Below are positions 28,941 to 33,532 of a DNA stretch of 33,532 bases, in pieces (positions within the stretch are counted from its first letter, which is position 1; the number at the start of each line of letters is the position of its first letter). The translations under genes were made by a program, and so were the position numbers. The notes below the pieces were generated by a model. It was not told where the DNA came from, searched no databases, and saw only the letters and a list, made by a program, of their open reading frames with translations. Origin of the DNA: Erythrobacter sp. (GTDB taxonomy: Bacteria; Pseudomonadota; Alphaproteobacteria; Sphingomonadales; Sphingomonadaceae); the NCBI GenBank assembly GCA_040830305.1, contig JBFOLW010000332.1:1-33532 (forward strand), in the 5' to 3' direction.

Positions 28941-30707
28941 TCAGGCGCGCGTGGTCGGGTGCATGCCGCCTTCTTGCGCTTCCAGACCTGCTTCGGACTG
29001 GCCCTCGAGGTCGTGGTCGAGAGTATCGTCCTTGAGCGTATCGAGATGCATCAATTTCTTCACCAGCGGGCTGATGACCATCACGCCGACACCGATCACG
29101 ACGGCATACCAGCCGACGGTCGAGTAGACATCGAGGACGACCTGCTTGCCGGCCTCTTCGCCGACGCCTTCGGCGCCGGTTGCGGCGGCGATCAGGCCGG
29201 CTGCGAAGTTACCCGTGGCCGACGCGAAGAACCACGTGCCCATGATCAGCGATGCAATCTGTGCCGGAGCCAAGCGATTCATCGCCGAAAGGCCGACAGG
29301 CGACAGGCACAGTTCGCCGGTAGTGTGCAGCAGGTAGATCAGGAAAATGAAAATCACAGGCGTCGGGACGTCAACCCCGACCGAATTCGCACCCCACACC
29401 AAGACCAAGAAGCCTAGGCCGACTTGGATAACGCCGAGACCAAATTTGAATGGAGTTGAAGGTTCGGCACCTTTTCTGCCGAGCCATGTCCAAACGATGG
29501 CGAAAAGGGGCGCAAGCAAGAAGATGAATCCCGCATTCACCGACTGGAATGTCGATGCCGGGACCTCGAATCCGAGCAAGTTTCGGTCGACGTGGCGGTC
29601 CGTGAACAGGTTGAGGCTTGAACCAGCCTGTTCGAACAGTGCCCAGAAGATGATCGATACGATAATGAGGAACATCGCCGAAACAATGCGATCGCGATCG
29701 TGATTTGTTTTTGAAATCATCTGCAAGATCATGATGCTCAGCACACCGCCTAGGCCGATGACGGCAGGCAGGCGCCATGCAGCATCACCGCTGGACACGA
29801 AGAACATGGACACCACCAAGAGGGCCGACGAAAGAGCGTAGCTGTACAGTGCCGGCCTGGGCGAGTTCGAATAACTGCCGTACGGGAGCTGAAATATCGC
29901 GATCGACAGGACGTAACAGACAAGCGCTGCCCCAAACGTGCCGAGGAAAACTCCGACCGCGTCTTGATACTGGATGGCAACCCAGCAAACGCCGACCAGC
30001 ACGACGCCTAGCGCATAGACGCTCCATTCGCGTCCCTTGGTGAGATCCTGCGACGGTTCGCCGCGTCCTAGCAACAGTGGCTTACCCCAGACGAAAACGA
30101 CGAGGCCTGCGAGCATGCCGATCCCGGCAAGACCAAAACCGTAGGCCCAACCATAAGTTTCGCCGATAAATCCACACAGGATCGAACCAAAAAAGGCACC
30201 GATATTAATGCCCATATAGAATATGGTGTAAGCGCCATCGCGGCGCACATCGGTGCGCGGATAGAGCTGGCCGACAATCACCGAAATATTCGCCTTGAGG
30301 AAGCCGGAGCCCACAATGATGAGGGCCAATGCCAACCAGAATACGTAAATGACCGGATTGCCTTGGTTTCCGGCGCCTGGCGAACCCTCGAAGGCCATGA
30401 AGAAGTGACCCAGCGTCAGCAGAATCGCTCCAAAAAGCACCGCCTTGCGCTGCCCGATATACTTGTCAGCGAGGTAACCGCCGACGACCGGAGTGATATA
30501 GACCAGCGCCGTATAGGCACCGTAGATTATGCCGGCATCGCTGTCCGAAAACAGCCAGTGCTTGGTCAGGTAGAAAATGAGCAGGGCGCGCATCCCGTAA
30601 TAGGAAAAGCGCTCCCACATCTCGGCGAAAAACAGGACGAAAAGTCCCTTGGGGTGGCCGAGGATCGTTCCTGCCGAATCCCCGTCAACCGGTTGTGTCG
30701 TGGCCAT
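28941..30707 (-). CDS. POT/PTR-family proton-dependent oligopeptide transporter
   Basis: GHPKGL, EMWERFSYYG, GSGFLKAN, FYMGINIGA (PTR2 signature), FWALFEQ, GELCLSPVG. Confidence 0.95.
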   Translation of the reverse strand: MATTQPVDGDSAGTILGHPKGLFVLFFAEMWERFSYYGMRALLIFYLTKHWLFSDSDAGIIYGAYTALVYITPVVGGYLADKYIGQRKAVLFGAILLTLGHFFMAFEGSPGAGNQGNPVIYVFWLALALIIVGSGFLKANISVIVGQLYPRTDVRRDGAYTIFYMGINIGAFFGSILCGFIGETYGWAYGFGLAGIGMLAGLVVFVWGKPLLLGRGEPSQDLTKGREWSVYALGVVLVGVCWVAIQYQDAVGVFLGTFGAALVCYVLSIAIFQLPYGSYSNSPRPALYSYALSSALLVVSMFFVSSGDAAWRLPAVIGLGGVLSIMILQMISKTNHDRDRIVSAMFLIIVSIIFWALFEQAGSSLNLFTDRHVDRNLLGFEVPASTFQSVNAGFIFLLAPLFAIVWTWLGRKGAEPSTPFKFGLGVIQVGLGFLVLVWGANSVGVDVPTPVIFIFLIYLLHTTGELCLSPVGLSAMNRLAPAQIASLIMGTWFFASATGNFAAGLIAAATGAEGVGEEAGKQVVLDVYSTVGWYAVVIGVGVMVISPLVKKLMHLDTLKDDTLDHDLEGQSEAGLEAQEGGMHPTTRA

Positions 30708-30873
30708 GTGTGGCTAACCTCTCGAAATTACAAAGGAAGCCATGCGACCCACGGCCTCCTCCCCGAAGAAGCGCGCACCCTAGCGCCTCGCGCGCCCATG
30801 TGAAGCGTTAGTTACACACGTGACCGCCTTGCGCTCGACTGAATGGCGCGCGCGGGAACCTTGCGCGCTCCGG

Positions 30874-30893
30874 TGTATTATGGCACTGATGCA
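30874..30893 (+). promoter_or_regulatory. Possible GntR/YtrA-type operator (imperfect inverted repeat)
   Basis: TGTATTA-TGGCAC-TGATGCA, 5/7 symmetric, 21 nt upstream of the GntR start. Confidence 0.35.
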
Positions 30894-30914
30894 GTCTGTC
30901 TCGGGGAAAATGTC

Positions 30915-31256
30915 ATGAGCAACCAGTCGAAGCCGGTTTATCTCAAGCTGCGCGACATGATAGCGGCCGCCATCATCGACGGACGCTATGCCGAAGGCGA
31001 GATGCTGCCATCGGTACGCGCACTCGCGGCCGAACAGGGCGCCAACCCGCTGACGGTCGCCAAGGCTTACCAGCAGTTTCAGAACGACGGCCTGGTAGAA
31101 GTCCAGCGCGGGGTGGGCATGTATGTGGTCGAAGGCGCGGCCGATCGCCTGCGCCGGGCGGAACGCGAGGCATTCCTGAGCGAAGAATGGCCCGAAATCC
31201 GCGCGCGAATGCATCGATTGGGCGTTTCGGCAAGGGAATTGCTGGCCGATGCGTGA
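30915..31256 (+). CDS. GntR-family regulator (short, YtrA-like)
   Basis: PVYLKLRD, LPSVRALA, NPLTVAKAY, QRGVGMYV; 113 aa with a short C-terminus; divergent from the POT gene. Confidence 0.92.
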   Translation: MSNQSKPVYLKLRDMIAAAIIDGRYAEGEMLPSVRALAAEQGANPLTVAKAYQQFQNDGLVEVQRGVGMYVVEGAADRLRRAEREAFLSEEWPEIRARMHRLGVSARELLADA

Positions 31257-31404
31257 GTCGCATGGCGGGAATTTACAATTGTGAACTTGCGACGAGTGGC
31301 GGCATCTGGCACAGTCATTGCGTTGGAATCGGACGGAAAACTCGGTTTCGATGGGGCTCGCAGCACAGCAATTGGTGCGACCTAACGGTCCGGGAGACGT
31401 CATA

Positions 31405-31686
31405 ATGATTCGATCCGAACTTCTAACCGCGCTTGGCCAGGACAATCCCGAGCTGCGGGCCGAAGAGGTCGAGCAGGTGGTCGATATTTTTTTCGAGGAG
31501 ATCGCCCAGCGCCTGACGGAGGGAGGGCGCGTCGAACTGCGCGGCTTCGGGGCCTTTTCCACGCGTGAGCGCGAGGCGCGCAAGGGCCGCAACCCGCGCA
31601 CCGGGGAAGCGGTCGACGTTCCCGCCAAGCGCGTGCCCTACTTCAAGCCGGGCAAGGACATCCGCAACCGCCTCAACAACGACTGA
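31405..31686 (+). CDS. ihfB: Integration host factor subunit beta
   Basis: GGGAG RBS; MIRSEL, GGRVELRGFGAFS, GRNPRTGE.V, PYFKPGK. Confidence 0.95.
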   Translation: MIRSELLTALGQDNPELRAEEVEQVVDIFFEEIAQRLTEGGRVELRGFGAFSTREREARKGRNPRTGEAVDVPAKRVPYFKPGKDIRNRLNND

Positions 31687-31754
31687 GGACGCCCGCCAAC
31701 CCCAGATCGGCAATTGCCCGTCCGTAGGACAGCGACTAGGGCTGCACGGCGCAG

Positions 31755-31839
31755 GCGGGTGTGGCGGAATGGTAGACGCCGGGGACTTAAAATCCCCTGA
31801 GCTTTGCTCGTGTGGGTTCGAGTCCCACCACCCGCACCA
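31755..31839 (+). tRNA. tRNA-Leu (anticodon TAA)
   Basis: GCGGGTG/CACCCGC acceptor stem, GGGGA-CTTAAAA-TCCCC anticodon arm, long variable arm, GGTTCGAGTCC, CCA; 85 nt. Confidence 0.98.
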
Positions 31840-31865
31840 GCAATCGAGCGAAAAATCTCTTCTGC

Positions 31866-31881
31866 TTACCTAGGCATTAAC
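31866..31881 (+). promoter_or_regulatory. CtrA-like box upstream of the PilZ gene
   Basis: TTAC-CTAGGCA-TTAAC, one mismatch to TTAA-N7-TTAAC. Confidence 0.55.
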
Positions 31882-31979
31882 CCCTACTAGGCTATTAGCG
31901 CGAACCAAACGGGGCCTGGTCCAAGGTCAGGGTCGGCCAGTCATTGCGACACTGCGCTTGTTTGGGAAACGAAGGGGCT

Positions 31980-32612
31980 ATGGATTACAGCACCGGAATC
32001 GACAGGGATGGCAGCGGCCCCGCGGGTGGCGAGGAGCAACGCGGTGCGCCGCGTTTTACCTCGCTGATCCGTGCCGCCAAGCTGGTCTGCGGTCAGGGCG
32101 AATTCGTGTGCGTGATTCGCGATGTCTCGGCGACCGGTGTGTCGCTGCGCACCTTCCATCCGCTCCCCACCGATGCCGCCGTCGCGCTGGAACTGCAGAA
32201 TGGCGAATCCTACGAGCTCGAACTCGTGCGCGGCGAAGGCTGCGAGGCCAGCTATACCTTCCTAGAACCGATCGAAGTCGAGCGGTTGATCCACGAGAAC
32301 TGGCAATTTCCCAAGCGCGCGCTGCGGCTTAACATCATGCTCCCGCTTACGGTGTCGGCCCTCTCGGGGCGCGCCGAGGCATTTACCCTGAATATCTCGC
32401 AGCAGGGGGCGAGGATCGAATGCGACCATGTCTTCGCGATCGACCAGCGTGTGACGATCAGCTGCGAATTCCTGCCCGACATCCGGTGCAAGGTCCGGTG
32501 GCGCAAGGATGCCAATTACGGCCTCGTATTCGAGGATACCTTCGCGCTGCGCGAATTCGCAATGATGGCCGCGAACGTGCAATGCCCCTACCTGCTGCAG
32601 GACCAAGGCTGA
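31980..32612 (+). CDS. Tandem PilZ-domain protein
   Basis: AAGGGG RBS; QRGAPR + DVSATG, then KRALR + NISQQG (RxxxR and D/NxSxxG, two domains); KVRW...YGLVF. Confidence 0.88.
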   Translation: MDYSTGIDRDGSGPAGGEEQRGAPRFTSLIRAAKLVCGQGEFVCVIRDVSATGVSLRTFHPLPTDAAVALELQNGESYELELVRGEGCEASYTFLEPIEVERLIHENWQFPKRALRLNIMLPLTVSALSGRAEAFTLNISQQGARIECDHVFAIDQRVTISCEFLPDIRCKVRWRKDANYGLVFEDTFALREFAMMAANVQCPYLLQDQG

Positions 32613-32765
32613 TCGGGTCAGCTTCGCGCCCGTCGCGTTGACCTCGCACCAACAATTTTCCTTCGCTTCCCGTCGGCATCCAACCGGGGGGAATCCATAG
32701 GCAACGCGGCGTGGACTATATCGCTGTGTGCGCGAGTTCGTCGGCCTGCGCGTCTGGCGCGTGCG

Positions 32766-33278
32766 CTAGGCGGGACGGAAATCCATCGCCGCGCCATTGA
32801 TGCAATGGCGTTTGCCCGTCGGTCGCGGACCGTCACTGAAAATATGGCCCAGGTGCCCGCCGCAATCGGCGCAATGTACCTCGGTACGCGGATAGCCGAT
32901 CTTGTAATCGGTGCTGGTGCCGACCGCGCCCTCGTCGATCGCCTGCCAGAAACTCGGCCAGCCGGTGCGTGAATCATATTTCGTTTTCGAACTGTACAGC
33001 GCATTGCCACAGCCTGCGCAGACGAAGGTGCCAGCGCGCTTCTCGTCATTGAGCGGCGAAGAATAGGGGCGCTCGGTGCCGGCTTCGCGCAGGATGTAAA
33101 ACTCCTGCTTGCTCAGCCGCTGGCGCCACTGAGCTTCGGACAGTTCGACCGGGAAGTCTTTCGCCCGTGCCGGTTGCGAACCGCAAGCAGTCAGCGCAGC
33201 GAAGCTGGCGGAAGCGCCGATCCAGCCCAGCAGGCGGCGGCGATCGAGGGATTGGTCGGTCATCAAGCGTCGGCTCAT
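32766..33278 (-). CDS. msrB: Peptide-methionine (R)-S-oxide reductase, predicted Tat-exported lipoprotein
   Basis: GTERPY, CAGC and CADC zinc ligands, TGWPSF, GHLGHIF.DGP.PTG.RHCING; DRRRLL plus LTAC; start 33278 or 33263. Confidence 0.95.
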   Translation of the reverse strand: MSRRLMTDQSLDRRRLLGWIGASASFAALTACGSQPARAKDFPVELSEAQWRQRLSKQEFYILREAGTERPYSSPLNDEKRAGTFVCAGCGNALYSSKTKYDSRTGWPSFWQAIDEGAVGTSTDYKIGYPRTEVHCADCGGHLGHIFSDGPRPTGKRHCINGAAMDFRPA

Positions 33279-33310
33279 GGCGCGGAACGATAGTGTCCCA
33301 CGCCTGAACC

Positions 33311-33337
33311 TACGCTTGAACCGGACAAAAGGTTACA
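33311..33337 (-). promoter_or_regulatory. ECF sigma-type promoter TGTAACC-N16-CGTA upstream of msrB
   Basis: Minus strand TGTAACC-ttttgtccggttcaag-CGTA; same -35 and spacing as the msrA site. Confidence 0.72.
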
Positions 33338-33348
33338 CGCAGAGGCCC

Positions 33349-33531
33349 TCAGAACTCGGTGATTTCGACTTCGAGCTTGCGGAAGCCGTGGACGAAGTTC
33401 GCGCGTACGCGCTCGATATCGCCGGCGACATGCACGCGCATCCGGCGCTTGTGCAGCTCCTCGAGTAAGACCCGCAGTTGCAGCTCGGCCAAGCGGGCGC
33501 CCACGCAGCGGTGGATGCCATAGCCGAAGGC
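33349..33531 (-). CDS. Cytochrome P450, C-terminal fragment (runs off the window end)
   Basis: Manual translation AFGYGIHRCVGARLAELQLRVLLEELHKRRMRVHVAGDIERVRANFVHGFRKLEVEITEF*; FxxGxHxCxG heme motif; not in the ORF track. Confidence 0.92.
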   Translation of the reverse strand, partial: AFGYGIHRCVGARLAELQLRVLLEELHKRRMRVHVAGDIERVRANFVHGFRKLEVEITEF

Positions 33532-33532
33532 G

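Noticed and set aside
30790-30820. Third ECF promoter (CGTGTGTAAC on the minus strand) upstream of the POT gene
   Set aside because: The -35 reads TGTAACT and no CG[AT]A follows at 16 nt; it may belong to another regulator's site
32618-32731. 26-aa minus-strand ORF (MDSPRLDADG...) or sRNA behind a TATAGT hexamer
   Set aside because: No RBS, terminator or coding signal; cannot be supported from sequence alone
31755-32765. Island at tRNA-Leu
   Set aside because: No integrase or att duplication seen downstream; the following genes look native
33305-33322. TGAACC-N6-TGAACC as another CenR-like site
   Set aside because: The period is 12 nt (TGA-N9-TGA), not 11, and it overlaps the better-supported ECF promoter

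Overview
High-GC alphaproteobacterial chromosomal segment. Gene content points to Sphingomonadales, probably Erythrobacteraceae (inference). It is densely coding, with about 33 CDS and two tRNAs (Arg-CCG, Leu-TAA). I saw no transposase, integrase, prophage or CRISPR array. Recognisable genes: bepA-like M48 protease plus DsbA-family protein, App1-type phosphatidate phosphatase, crtG-like carotenoid 2-hydroxylase, mmcB with a perfect LexA box, bioF-bioD-bioA, rpe, heparinase II/III-like gene, purH, exported msrA and msrB, zur-like regulator, dxs, crotonase, NnrU, FKBP, tandem amidohydrolases with a POT peptide transporter and divergent GntR, ihfB, a tandem-PilZ protein and the 3' end of a cytochrome P450. 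Best leads: (1) a two-gene operon of a DAG/ceramide-kinase-family enzyme and a protein matching the motifs of the mitochondrial-type CDP-lipid synthase Tam41; (2) an ECF-sigma promoter (TGTAACC-N16-CG[A/T]A) shared by msrA and msrB 13 kb apart, with an unannotated 43-aa membrane peptide coupled to msrA; (3) an active plus pseudo-enzyme amidohydrolase pair beside a POT transporter whose middle has atypical composition; (4) CtrA-like boxes in front of three uncharacterised genes; (5) a CTGAA-N6-CTGAA repeat in front of two envelope genes. All family calls come from reading motifs by eye; no database search was run.
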